This document shows, piece by piece, positions 9,790 through 19,726 of a stretch of 36,853 nucleotides of DNA. The stretch lies in the NCBI GenBank assembly GCA_963843375.1, contig CAWJKT010000019.1:1-36853 (forward strand), in the 5' to 3' direction. The notes beneath the pieces were generated by a model. That model was given only the letters and a program-made list of their open reading frames with translations. It made no database searches and was not told where the DNA came from. This stretch comes from an uncultured Pseudomonadota bacterium (GTDB taxonomy: Bacteria; Oederibacteriota; Muellerivitia; Muellerivitales; Muellerivitaceae). The position numbers and the translations under genes are program-made. Position 1 is the stretch's first letter. Each line of letters starts with the position of its first letter.

Positions 9790-10251
9790 TTATTTTTTCT
9801 CGTATTTGCCCATCAATTCCGCCTGCTCCACAATTCGCCTTTGGATAGCCTTTTCAAACTGAGACCTTTTGACGCCTTCCCCTAAATCCAAAATCGTGGT
9901 GAGGGCGTAAATCTTGAAGAAATATCGGTGAATGCCGCTGGGGGGATCCGGCCCTTGGTAGCCGAGGCCGCCGAAATCGTTAATGCCTTGCCGGATTCCG
10001 TTGGGCATGGACTTCATGGGGGGAAATGCTTCCGGAAGCAGGATCACGGTGGGGGGAATATTATAAACCAGCCAATGGGTAAAGTCCCCGCTGGGTGCAT
10101 CAGGGTCAAACACGACCAGAGCGAAGCTTTTAGCGGTGGGAGGCGGATCAAGCCATTCGATCGGCGGGGAGACATTGTCCCCCTCCGCGGTGTAATGGGT
10201 GGGGATATCACCACCCTCCTTAAAAGCCCTGCTGGTAATTCGAAAAGCCAT
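9790..10251 (-). CDS. YbhB/YbcL family PEBP protein, cytoplasmic paralog
   Basis: FDPDAPSGDFTHWLVYNIP, GYQGPDPPSGIHRYFFKIYAL. ATG 10251 follows GAGGG; no signal peptide. Confidence 0.92.
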   Translation of the reverse strand: MAFRITSRAFKEGGDIPTHYTAEGDNVSPPIEWLDPPPTAKSFALVVFDPDAPSGDFTHWLVYNIPPTVILLPEAFPPMKSMPNGIRQGINDFGGLGYQGPDPPSGIHRYFFKIYALTTILDLGEGVKRSQFEKAIQRRIVEQAELMGKYEKK

Positions 10252-10348
10252 TAAACCCTCATCGTTCAAGTTTCACTTATATTAATGCAAACACTTCCTC
10301 ATAGGCTTTTAATGTTTTGGGAATGAAAAAATTCTTCCAAGTATTAGC

Positions 10349-10780
10349 TTATTGTTTTGCCCTCACGCGGGAAGCTACCACCCCCAAGCAAGTGTCCGAA
10401 ACCACCTTGATTCCCGCCTTTTCCAGTTTGGCTTCGGCTACAGGGTGGGTGATGCCATTCTGCAGCCATACGACCTTGGGACGCTTTTCCTCAGGCAAGG
10501 CCAGAATCTCCTCCACTAGGGCGGGAATTACGTCGGGCTTTCGGAAGACATCCAGGATATCCACTTTAACCGGCACGTCTCTAATCGCGACGTATGCCTT
10601 TTCCCCGAGGGACGATTGGATGTGGGGATTCACGGGATAAAGTTTGAGGCCCCTTTCCTTGAGCATGGCGGGAATCTGGTACGCCGCCCGATCCATTTTG
10701 CTTTCGTCCTGCATGCCCTCCACTGCGACGGTCTTGGCGTTTTTGACGACTTCGATCATTTCGAGTTCGCTGACGTTCAT
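10349..10780 (-). CDS. CoA-binding protein (YccU-like)
   Basis: KTVAVEG, YPVNP, VDILDVFRKP, VWLQNGITHP..AGIKVVSDTCL. ATG 10780 follows GAGGGGG. Confidence 0.85.
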   Translation of the reverse strand: MNVSELEMIEVVKNAKTVAVEGMQDESKMDRAAYQIPAMLKERGLKLYPVNPHIQSSLGEKAYVAIRDVPVKVDILDVFRKPDVIPALVEEILALPEEKRPKVVWLQNGITHPVAEAKLEKAGIKVVSDTCLGVVASRVRAKQ

Positions 10781-11148
10781 GGTCCCCCTCATAGACAAGA
10801 TAGTTTCAATAATAGGTAAAGGCCGGTGGTGAAAACAACCTGTCCGCTAAAACTTTAGTGGGAGGGATAGCCCCGGATGCGGGGTTGGGATACAGATACG
10901 CCTTTTTGGGGAAAACTCCAGCCCAGCCCTTTTATTCCCTCTAAATATTGTACTTTGTTACAGGAAATCATTTGGAAAATAGGAGCGAAAACAGGAAATA
11001 AGAATCCCCCATAGCCGGGGTAATTTTAAACCTGCGGGGATGGCAGCTGAGGAAGGTTTATTAATTTTGACCGCCGAGACGTGGCTTAATTTCGCATGAA
11101 CAAAAAAATCAGAATTTTTGTTCTTTACCCCGGGGCGTAAGGTGGGTT

Positions 11149-11422
11149 TCAAAACCCCTGCGCAAAAGCCGGAAATCCTCCCCCCAGTTCAATAAACAAA
11201 AAGTTCAAATTGGTAATTGAATGGGTGTCGGCCCCCTCGGCGATGAATTTCAGCCGGGCTCCAAGGTCATCAAGTTAAGTAAGCTTTTACCGTTTGCGCT
11301 GAGGAGCCTTTTCATAAGGCGATATCGCTTTTGAAACGGGAGAGTTTGTAAACCATTTCGGCTGCGGCCTGCAAGTGAAGGCCCAAATGATTCTTGACCA
11401 CAATGGTTTTATGAATAATCAC
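11149..11422 (-). pseudogene. HPr-family phosphocarrier pseudogene
   Basis: From GTG 11422 (after GGGAGG): MIIHKTIVVKNHLGLHLQAAAEMVYKLSRFKSDIAL*. Second frame: SANGKSLLNLMTL. Third frame: GARLKFIAEGADT. His15-like and Ser46-like motifs appear in order. Confidence 0.8.
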
Positions 11423-11576
11423 GTCCGACCTCCCAATATGGAAATACTAAGAATGACCCTAACCCCGGCCCTGGAAAACCTTTATCCAGCGAATATCCCC
11501 GCCCGTCCCGGGCAAGGTGTAAGATGGTAATCTAAATTTTTACTCCATCATTCACGCTTGCGGAAGGAATCAAACG

Positions 11577-11864
11577 ATGAGTTATCGCGGTGACGTCATC
11601 AATGCAATTGAAGGAAGGGCCAAATGCGGCGTGGTTTACGTTCATACCCAACCTGTGCGGATTGTCCTGGATGGAAGGGTTCTCTTTCGCGGAAAAGTGG
11701 AAGTGTTCGACTTGAAGGGCCATCCTTTCGCCAAAAGGGCCTTCGGGTGGGCCATTAAACGCAAGGACAAGAAAACTCAATATGTCACGGTCATCGGTAT
11801 CCCCCCATTGGATACCCCCCTCATGGCCGCTAAAGCCTATTTAGCGAACCAAAAAAAATATTGA
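11577..11864 (+). CDS. Small hypothetical protein (95 aa)
   Basis: AAGGA RBS; protein-like sequence GKVEVFDLKGHPFAKRAFGW..IPPLDTP. No function assignable. Confidence 0.7.
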   Translation: MSYRGDVINAIEGRAKCGVVYVHTQPVRIVLDGRVLFRGKVEVFDLKGHPFAKRAFGWAIKRKDKKTQYVTVIGIPPLDTPLMAAKAYLANQKKY

Positions 11865-11977
11865 GAGTTGTATTCGCCCCAGCCTGAATGGTACAAACGC
11901 TAAAATAACATCTTCCAGTTTTTCAAAAGGGGTTCATCCAATTGTTTTTTAGCGATGGGTTCCTGAGCATTCCATTA

Positions 11978-12143
11978 AAGTTTTCGTTTCCCTGAAAAAA
12001 TATCCCCCACCGGTTATAAAAGAAGCGCCTGAAAATCTCGAGAAATGCGACCAAGATAATCCTACCCGGGATCAGATAAATTGCCGCAGGGCCCAGTTGG
12101 GCTTCGAGAAGTTTCCACTGCTTCCCCAAAAAATAGCCCAACA
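11978..12143 (-). pseudogene. 3'-terminal dedA fragment, direct repeat of 17301-17467
   Basis: LGYFLGKQWKLLEA.LGP..IYLI matches the C-terminus of DedA 17283-17933. 44 bp are identical (12100-12143 and 17424-17467). Confidence 0.85.
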
Positions 12144-12265
12144 ACAGGTGGCGTGCAAAGTGGTAGAAACCGCTATATTAGCAACCCCATGGATTGCCGA
12201 CGGACGCCATAGGCCCATGAGTCGGTCATAGAAGCCTCCTGTCGTGCACAGCCAAAAACCTTTTT

Positions 12266-13894
12266 TTACTCTTTCACCTGATCCAACAGTTTGTAGGACT
12301 TGAGTTTCCGGTAGAGCGTTGCAACACCCATTCCCATCAAATCTGCAGCCTTTCTCCGGTTACCTTTGGTTTTTTCCAGTGCGCCCAAAATGCAATCCTT
12401 CTCTACGTCCCTTAAAAATCGGGGTACCCCTTTATCGGAAACCAGGGTTGCCACTTGGCGCACCTCAGGGGGAAGGTCTTCCAGGTCAACGCGGTTCGTC
12501 CTAGCCACCGCGACCGCTCGTTCCATTGCGTTTGCAAGTTCCCGGACGTTGCCGGGCCAAGAGTAACCCAGCAGTTGGTCCAACGTTGGGGTGGTCAATC
12601 CGTCTATGGGCTTTTTCATCTGGATTGAAGCTTCCGCCAAAAGCATCCGGGCGAGAGGAAGGATGTCCTCCCGACGGTTACGCAGGGGCGGAACGACTAG
12701 TTCAACGACATTCAGTCGGTAATAAAGGTCCTCCCGGAACCTTTTTTCCGTCACTTCGGCCTTTAGATTCTTGTTGGTCGCGCTGAGGATGCGCACGTTG
12801 ACCGCCCGGGTTTTGTTCTCGCCAACGCGCCGTACTTCCTTCTCCTGCAGAGCCCGAAGAAGTTTCACCTGCATGGGAAGATTGATTTCACCAACCTCAT
12901 CCAGGAAAAGCGTCCCGCCGTTGGCCGCCTCGAAAAGCCCCGGGCGGTCCACCGTTGCTCCGGTGAAGGAACCGCGGGCGTGGCCGAAAAGTTCGCTTTC
13001 CAGCAGGGTCTCGGTGATAGCCCCACAGTTCACCGCAATGAAGGGTCCCGCCGAACGAGGGGAATGATCGTGTACGAAACGCGCTACCCGTTCCTTTCCT
13101 GTACCGCTTTCGCCCGTAATCAATATCGTGGAATCGATCGCGGCGATGGTCTTGGCCAGTTCCATCAATTTGCGCATCTCGGGGCTTCGCGCCATGAGGT
13201 CCGACGGGTCTTCCTCAATCTTGGCGATAACCGCCAACTTTCGTGTTCTTTCCTGCAATTCGCTTTCGGTGCGCTTTAGTTTGGTAGTCACGTCCCTCAA
13301 GGCTTCGTCTATCCCGGCTCGCTTGAAAACCGCCAATTCACCGTCCGCCTCCTCGCCCCATTCTTCCTCGCTTTTGATCATCACGTGGCAGGCCGTATCC
13401 CCCTTTCCCATGCACTTGTCCTCCAGCGCGTACATTTTCTTGTCCAAGGAGAAACTCAGGTAACCGCTGATGAACCCGCAAAGGTCCCAGCAAACGGGCT
13501 TGTCCGAGCGGCCGTTCAAAAGGAGATGCTGCTCGGCTTCATAGGAAACCCGCCAGTTTCCACCCTCCGGGCCGAAAGCCTCGGGGTGGTTGGGGTCCAG
13601 CATACAAAGTCCCTGGAGGGCCAGTATCCGTGCCCCGGCCCTTCGCCAGTCCTCTTCACTATCCCATTTAAACTTGGATTTCAGGGCGGTAGCCATGCGC
13701 CTCCCGTGGATATAGCCGAAGCGGCTGAGGATGCCCCTGGCCGTCCTTTCGCCGAGGCTGTCGATCAATTCCTTTCGATGAAGACCGTGAGATACGGTAT
13801 CGCAGATCATGGCTCTCTCGCCGGCAAAGCGAACCTCTCCTTTCTTGGGATTTAATTCTAAAAGTTCTTTTAAGTCGAGGTCTTCTACTCGCAT
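12266..13894 (-). CDS. sigma54-dependent enhancer-binding protein, XylR_N/V4R-AAA+-Fis HTH architecture
   Basis: XylR_N/V4R-like N-terminus (PVCW..CGFISGY, EDKCMGKGDTAC), GESGTGKE, ESELFGH.RGSFTGA, FLDEVGE, FREDLYYRLNV, WPGNVREL, C-terminal ATLYRKLK. Confidence 0.95.
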   Translation of the reverse strand: MRVEDLDLKELLELNPKKGEVRFAGERAMICDTVSHGLHRKELIDSLGERTARGILSRFGYIHGRRMATALKSKFKWDSEEDWRRAGARILALQGLCMLDPNHPEAFGPEGGNWRVSYEAEQHLLLNGRSDKPVCWDLCGFISGYLSFSLDKKMYALEDKCMGKGDTACHVMIKSEEEWGEEADGELAVFKRAGIDEALRDVTTKLKRTESELQERTRKLAVIAKIEEDPSDLMARSPEMRKLMELAKTIAAIDSTILITGESGTGKERVARFVHDHSPRSAGPFIAVNCGAITETLLESELFGHARGSFTGATVDRPGLFEAANGGTLFLDEVGEINLPMQVKLLRALQEKEVRRVGENKTRAVNVRILSATNKNLKAEVTEKRFREDLYYRLNVVELVVPPLRNRREDILPLARMLLAEASIQMKKPIDGLTTPTLDQLLGYSWPGNVRELANAMERAVAVARTNRVDLEDLPPEVRQVATLVSDKGVPRFLRDVEKDCILGALEKTKGNRRKAADLMGMGVATLYRKLKSYKLLDQVKE

Positions 13895-14598
13895 AAATGG
13901 CTCCTTTCAGGGATCATTGGCGATGATTGCATTCGAATAAATTGGTTGGATTTACTAGCCGTCAAATAGGCCTAGATTTTTATGCGGATCTTTTAATCTC
14001 CCGCAATTATTTATTTAATTGATCGTGATTTGAAAAGACCGAGTGGGTTGAACCAAATTGAGACTTAAAACTTGGTACGAATTCCATAAAGACATTCACC
14101 GGGGCCGGGATCAGGGGAACGAAGCCGCCCGATCCATATGATCATACGCTTTTTTGTTCGCCTAAAACTAGAGTATGGATTTAATTCCCCCTTTACTTTC
14201 CGAGCGGTCTCTCAATTCGATAGGTCCTTCCCTGCCTTCATGAAATTTCCCCCACTGGTGGTGGAGGCCCGATGGACAGGACAATAAAGGATAGCCCTGC
14301 AATTTTTTTCGGTCTTCCTGCGAACTTTTTTCATGAAAAACTGAAATTAATGGAAAACAACGGGCTTGTTTGAGCCCTTTCCAACTGCGACATACTTTTT
14401 TAAGCCCCATCGCTTTTATAATATCGATCTTTGGCTCAAAATGTTAAAGACGGTCGAAAAGCGTGCCTGACACTTTTTTTATTCACTTTATCCCGTCCTG
14501 GGTTCCCGGCATGGTCAACTAAAAGCCCCGAAGTTATCTAGCCAGCTTCACCTTCCACGACTCATCTGTGGTTTTGGTCTTGATCGTCCTTCGTTCCG

Positions 14599-15699
14599 TT
14601 ATTTCACGATGACTTCAAAAAGTACCCTCATGTTGGCTTTCGCCGCCGTAGAGTAATGATTTTTCGGGGCGGCTTCGAACATCGCCGGTCTTGTCTCGCC
14701 GTATCCGATCGTAGAAAGCCGGTCCTTTGAAGCAATCCCTTCCTTGACCAGGTATTCCTCAACGGCTTTCGCCCTTCTCACGCTCAATGCTTGGTTGTAT
14801 TCCTCCGTGCCCGCCGCGGAGGTGTATCCTGCGATGCGGATATGCGCCCTTGGATTGTTTTCCAGGATCTGGATGGTTCTTTTGATGACCGCTTTCGCGC
14901 GCTCCGAAAGGGCTGACTTATCGTAATTGAAATGCACGTCCTCGAAAGCGAGGACGACCGTCTTCTCCTCGACGGGCGGATTACCCGCGATAGCGGTTAT
15001 CCTCTCCTCGACTTTCGGCTCCTCCGCCACATAGATGACTTCCGTGGAGACGACCTTGGCCGCTTCCTTTTTCCCCGGTTCCCCGCCAAAAGCGAAAACT
15101 AACCCGAAAGTAGCGTTGATATTTTGATAATAATTCTTTAGCAACGCCGATTCATAAAAGGTTTCGGTAACCATGTTGTCTCTGGCGTCGATCCTCAGCG
15201 CGAAATTATCCGAGAGCCAGAATTTCGCTCCCAGGCCCAGGTCGAAAGTGGACATATCCCTGGTGGCGATGGAGGGGGTGTAGCTTACGCCGCCGAAACC
15301 ACCGAGAACGAAAAGGGTGAAATCGTCAGCCGGAATGAGATTGAAGACGGCATCAAGTGAGTAAAAATACAAGGACACCTGATCGATGGGGTAGCGATAT
15401 TGCCCTTCCTGGTCTCCGGTGAGCGTCTCATCGTAGACGCTGGTATTGGCGAATTCCATGGTGGTTTCCAGTCCAAAAATCCGGGTAAAGTTGTAGCTGA
15501 TCCGGCCGCCATAGAGCAAGGTGTTGTTCAGGTTTTGGGACGGCTCGAAAAAATTATAACCCAGGAACGGGTTTAACTCGACGCTTCCCCCATTGACGCC
15601 TGAGCGGGCGGAGAGGGGAAGGAAAAGCAAAAAAGCGAACAACACCCAATTCATTATTTTTATTGCAGAGGCTTTCGAAAATATTTTTTTCATCCACAT
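14599..15699 (-). CDS. OmpA family protein (outer-membrane beta-barrel plus peptidoglycan-binding domain)
   Basis: Signal peptide, barrel strands, VHFNYDKSAL, IAGYT, YNQALSVRRAKAV, GYGETRP. Confidence 0.92.
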   Translation of the reverse strand: MWMKKIFSKASAIKIMNWVLFAFLLFLPLSARSGVNGGSVELNPFLGYNFFEPSQNLNNTLLYGGRISYNFTRIFGLETTMEFANTSVYDETLTGDQEGQYRYPIDQVSLYFYSLDAVFNLIPADDFTLFVLGGFGGVSYTPSIATRDMSTFDLGLGAKFWLSDNFALRIDARDNMVTETFYESALLKNYYQNINATFGLVFAFGGEPGKKEAAKVVSTEVIYVAEEPKVEERITAIAGNPPVEEKTVVLAFEDVHFNYDKSALSERAKAVIKRTIQILENNPRAHIRIAGYTSAAGTEEYNQALSVRRAKAVEEYLVKEGIASKDRLSTIGYGETRPAMFEAAPKNHYSTAAKANMRVLFEVIVK

Positions 15700-15719
15700 C
15701 CCCTTTTACCCACCCCGCC

Positions 15720-16769
15720 TTAAGGTTGGGTGATGGCGTTCTGTTCCAAGGTGACATCGGTTTGGGAGAACAGTCTCCCGGACACCGATGCGCCCGTCAC
15801 GAGGGTGATGTCCTTGTAATCCAGGATTACACCCTCAAAATAGGCGTTCGACCCGATCGCCGTAGTATCCGCAACCGTCCAGGTGACGTTCTGGGCCAGC
15901 CCGCCGTTTTCCATGATGATCGACACGCCGGAGGCCAAGGTAAGGGTGCCGCCAACTTGGAATATCCAAGTGGCGGTCGAATCGCCTAGCGCGTCGAGAT
16001 AGAGATTCGTCGTTATGTCGACCGCGCTGGCCCATTCGTATTTGCCCCGGGTCAGGGTGAGCCCGCTGAGGGTTCCACCATCCAGTCCTGTGACGCAATT
16101 CGCCTGCCCATTAGCGTTCGTGTAAGCGGTATCCATGTCGGCGATGGCGGTATTGATGGCGGTGGTGGCCTGAACAAAACAGGAGGGACCCGTGGGATCG
16201 ATCTCGTATATGGTTCCGTTCACCTCGGCGCAGGTTATCCCGATCTCGGTGCCTGTACCGGAGTTCGCGACATTGCCGGTGACCGCCGAAGAAGGGACAT
16301 CGGTGATTCCCGTTTCCGCCAGGATCACATAATTTCCGGCCGTACCCAAGTTGACAGCCGCAGGATTGGCACAGGCCGCAACGGGTGTAATGGTACCGCT
16401 GGGCGTGGTCGTGGGCGTACCCGTGGGGGTGGCCGATGGCGAGTTTGTTGGCGTTTCCGTTAGGATGGGTGAAATCGTGCCGGTTGGCGTCATTGTGGGG
16501 GTGCCTGTTGACGTTTGCGACGGGGTGGCCGAAAAGGTGCTTGTTGGGGTTTTTGAGGCGATGGCCGAAGGCGTGACTGTTGGCGTCCTCGTGGAGGTGG
16601 AGGTTATTGCGGGCGTGGTCGTCAATGTTTCTGCCGCCATGGGACCCGTGACACCCTTATTCCAGGTTCCGCAGCCGGCCGTGATGAAAATGACCGGGCT
16701 TACCGACAAGAACAATGTCATTAGAAACTTCTTGTTCACGATCAAAAACTTCTTTGTCCTTGAAAACAT
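15720..16769 (-). CDS. Ice-binding family (DUF3494) lipoprotein with Thr/Pro-rich stalk
   Basis: Lipobox TAGC, long TPT/S linker, VNLGTAGNYVILA, DMDTAYTNA, WIFQVGGTLT, EGVIL..ITLVTGASVSGRLFSQTDVTL. Confidence 0.9.
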   Translation of the reverse strand: MFSRTKKFLIVNKKFLMTLFLSVSPVIFITAGCGTWNKGVTGPMAAETLTTTPAITSTSTRTPTVTPSAIASKTPTSTFSATPSQTSTGTPTMTPTGTISPILTETPTNSPSATPTGTPTTTPSGTITPVAACANPAAVNLGTAGNYVILAETGITDVPSSAVTGNVANSGTGTEIGITCAEVNGTIYEIDPTGPSCFVQATTAINTAIADMDTAYTNANGQANCVTGLDGGTLSGLTLTRGKYEWASAVDITTNLYLDALGDSTATWIFQVGGTLTLASGVSIIMENGGLAQNVTWTVADTTAIGSNAYFEGVILDYKDITLVTGASVSGRLFSQTDVTLEQNAITQP

Positions 16770-16874
16770 GATCTCTCTTTTCTTTCGTAAGCTGATGGTT
16801 CGCCGGGTAGCCGCCCCTTAAGGGCGTTCCTGTTTGAAAACCACAACCTGCAATGGTCAATGGAGTTAATAGAA

Positions 16875-16890
16875 AGCAAATACTGTGCCC
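16875..16890 (-). promoter_or_regulatory. sigma54 -24/-12 promoter for ice-binding protein/OmpA
   Basis: GGGCACAGTATTTGCT, exact GG-N10-GC spacing, 106 nt before the ATG. Confidence 0.8.
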
Positions 16891-17282
16891 TTCCGGAAAC
16901 CCCATTTTTCTCGGTTTTCGCGGCATCTCCCCTATCAAAATGAAAAGAAGAAAAGATCAGTCTGATTGAGTTTTGTTTGACGATAATTCCGAGCCTTTTT
17001 CTTTATCGTCCGAAAACCCCTATCAAATTGATCCCGCAGGACAAAAACGGGGAACTTTCAAATTCAGAATTATTTTTCGCGGGAAATGGTCCAGCCTTAT
17101 CTTCACACACCGGAGATCTTCAATATTATTCGTGACTGTTCACAAACATATAAAAAACCATTTTTGGACTTTTTCGGTATCTTGTTAAAACCTGGTCATC
17201 CAAAAACTTAACGAGGAGAAGGATTGAACAGTTGGAGTAATCGATATTTTTTGTCCACGACGGAGACCAGTCGTGGACGGGA

Positions 17283-17933
17283 TTATTTTAAACGTGTCCC
17301 AAGTTTTCGTTTCCAGGAAAAAAATCTCCCCGAACGGTTATAAAAGAAACGCCTGGAAATCTCGAGGAGTGCGGCCAAAACTATCCCACCCAGGATCAGA
17401 TAAATCGTACCGGGACCCAACCAGGCTTCGAGAAGTTTCCACTGCTTCCCCAAAAAATAGCCCAACAGGATAAACCCGACGACGTAAACCACCGACCCTG
17501 TGAAGTTGTAAAAAAGAAAGATACCCCACCGCATTTTAGCCATCCCAGCCAAAAGATTGGGTATGAGGGAGGGAAGCAGGGGGATGAACCGCGCGATAAA
17601 AACCGCCTTAGCCCCGGAACGTTTGAAAAAATGCTTCATCCACTCGAACTTTTGGGGGGTGAGATGCAACCAGTTGATTTTTTTCAGATGGCTGTGACCC
17701 AATCGCCTTCCCAGCCAAAAGGCAACCACTCCTCCCAAGAAACAAGCGCCGGTTCCAGCCGCGATGGAATTCCCCAAGGAAATCCCTTCCTTCCCCAGAA
17801 TGAATCCAGTGCCAAAAAGAAAGGGTTCTCCCGGAAAAGGAAAACCAATGCTGTTCAAAAAAGTGACGATGAAGACAAGCCTGTATCCATAATGAGGAAG
17901 ATGCGGGAATAAAGAACGCAGCCAGTGGATCAT
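17283..17933 (-). CDS. DedA family membrane protein
   Basis: IGFPFPGE, FWLGRRLG, GAKAVFIARFIP, LAGMAKMRWGIFLFYN. Confidence 0.92.
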   Translation of the reverse strand: MIHWLRSLFPHLPHYGYRLVFIVTFLNSIGFPFPGEPFLFGTGFILGKEGISLGNSIAAGTGACFLGGVVAFWLGRRLGHSHLKKINWLHLTPQKFEWMKHFFKRSGAKAVFIARFIPLLPSLIPNLLAGMAKMRWGIFLFYNFTGSVVYVVGFILLGYFLGKQWKLLEAWLGPGTIYLILGGIVLAALLEISRRFFYNRSGRFFSWKRKLGTRLK

Positions 17934-18044
17934 CGCGACGGCTCTTTCGAGCCGAAAGTCACCGCCGAAGAGTCAAGTTGCCCGCTATGGGCTCCCTGGT
18001 GATGGCGGGGTTTTTGAAGAAGGGCCGAGAAAGAATCCAAGTTT

Positions 18045-18945
18045 TTAACCAGCGTCCTGAAACTTCTTTTGCAGCAGAGTAGTGGTAACCATGCTCAAGA
18101 GGCAGTAACTCATAAAGAAATAGAACCCAAGAAACAGGTCGGCCTGGGTGGATTTGTTGGCTCGGACAGCGAAATTGGACAGAAGGATCGCCGCCACGAA
18201 AACGTCGGCCATGGACCATTTGCTGATGGAATGCAGGAAATTGGAGATTTTCATTTTTTTGGATAAGGACGAGCATTCAAGGACGAAGATGGTCAAACCC
18301 GCTTTGGTAATGGGGATGAGGATGCTGAAAACCGTAAGGCAGGCGCCTATCAGCCAATAACCTTTTAAGTATAATTCGGTAATAACGCCCAGGACGCTTC
18401 TGATCTCATAATGCAAAACAAAATGAGGAAACATTGGGGTTTCGGGACTGACGATAATCACCATTGCGGGCGCGACGACCCCGATCACCAAAGAAAAGAC
18501 GGAGATAATGGTGAGAGCGAAAAGTGAATCGAACCTAGCTTTGTTGCCGAAAACGGCCGTTAAGAAGAAATAAAGAAGACTGATCAACAATAAAAGCAAC
18601 GACCAAAAACGCGTGCCTGGCTGACTCGTCCTGGGCCTTTTGAATTAAACCCGGAATGGTATCCAACGCCTCCTGGGCATCTTTCCGCGGAGGAATTTGA
18701 AATTGCTGATTAATGGAAGGTTCGAAAAAGCGTTTGATCAAAGGCCCAAGAAAATGATGTTTCGCGGAAATTTCCTTCCAAACCGCCGTCTCTTTGATGG
18801 CGCCGTTATTTTGAAAATTGTTGGCGATGTAGGTCTTTTTCAAATATTGGACTTCGACGTTGGTGTGCCGGATGGTCTGATAAACTGGTATCCCCGCTGA
18901 AAATAAATAGGCTAACGCCATCCAAAGATGGAGATACCTCTTCAT
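18045..18945 (-). CDS. PqiA-domain (paraquat-inducible A) membrane protein, frameshift in a T-run near 18605-18609
   Basis: RSVLGVI, FSILIPITK, SKWSMADVFVAAILL. ORF 18535-18999 (start 18945) joins 18045-18599 if one T is removed. Confidence 0.8.
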
Positions 18946-19110
18946 AAACTCTCGCCTTTCATGCCAGTTCCACCGTCCATTTTGATTGCCGGCTTCCACC
19001 CACCTGTTCTTCCCCGTCGCTATCGATTTTCTTACATTAACCTTAGCTAAGTTCGGAAGCCAGGGAGACGCTAATGGGAATAAGGCTCACGAGGTTCCCA
19101 AACCTCCCGG

Positions 19111-19638
19111 TCAAACCGCAGCTTTGGCCGGGAGGGGATTGAAGTTCATGAATTTGTTCACTTCCGCTTCCAACATCATGTTATTGGATTTGAGTTCTTT
19201 GTTGTTGCTTTGGAGTTGGTCAATCATCTTTCGCATGTCTTCCGAATGCCGATAGAGATCGATCAAAATGGACACCTTTGCCCGCAGCACCGATGGGCTG
19301 AAGGGCTTCAGCAGATAGTCGATCCCCCCCACATCGTAGGCCCGAATCTTATCCTTCTCGCTCTCCTGAGCCGCCGTTAAAAAAATGATGGGTGTCTTGC
19401 GGTGAATGTCGCACTGGCTGATCGCGATCGCCGTTTCAAAACCGTCCATCTCAGGCATCCGCACGTCCAATAGAATGACAGCAAAATCCTCGCGGGTGAA
19501 TTTTTCCAGGGCCTCTCTTCCCGAACGCGCCATCACCAAGTTGAGGTTCATGACTTCCAACACGGCCTCCAAGACCATCAAGTTGGCGGGCTTGTCATCC
19601 ACTAAAAGAAGATTGACGGGTGTTTCTTTTTGGATCAT
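19111..19638 (-). CDS. Response regulator receiver protein with C-terminal coiled coil
   Basis: LLVDDKPANL, LLDVRMPEMDGFE, PIIFLTA, DYLLKPF. Confidence 0.93.
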   Translation of the reverse strand: MIQKETPVNLLLVDDKPANLMVLEAVLEVMNLNLVMARSGREALEKFTREDFAVILLDVRMPEMDGFETAIAISQCDIHRKTPIIFLTAAQESEKDKIRAYDVGGIDYLLKPFSPSVLRAKVSILIDLYRHSEDMRKMIDQLQSNNKELKSNNMMLEAEVNKFMNFNPLPAKAAV

Positions 19639-19726
19639 GACTGGTCTCCTTTGAATTCAAGGGGTAAGGCGATCGGGGATGGAGTTAAGGCTGGCGTCCC
19701 GCTTGGGGCTGTGGAATCGGAGAAGA

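Noticed and set aside
14455..14470. AGGCACGCTTTTCGA (minus strand) as a sigma54 promoter
   Set aside because: Lacks the -12 GC and has no credible ORF downstream (14168-14410 looks spurious).
16380..16630. Low-complexity repeats (also the 66-bp periodicity at 25350-26050)
   Set aside because: Coding Thr/Pro linker and LRR units, not CRISPR or a mobile element.
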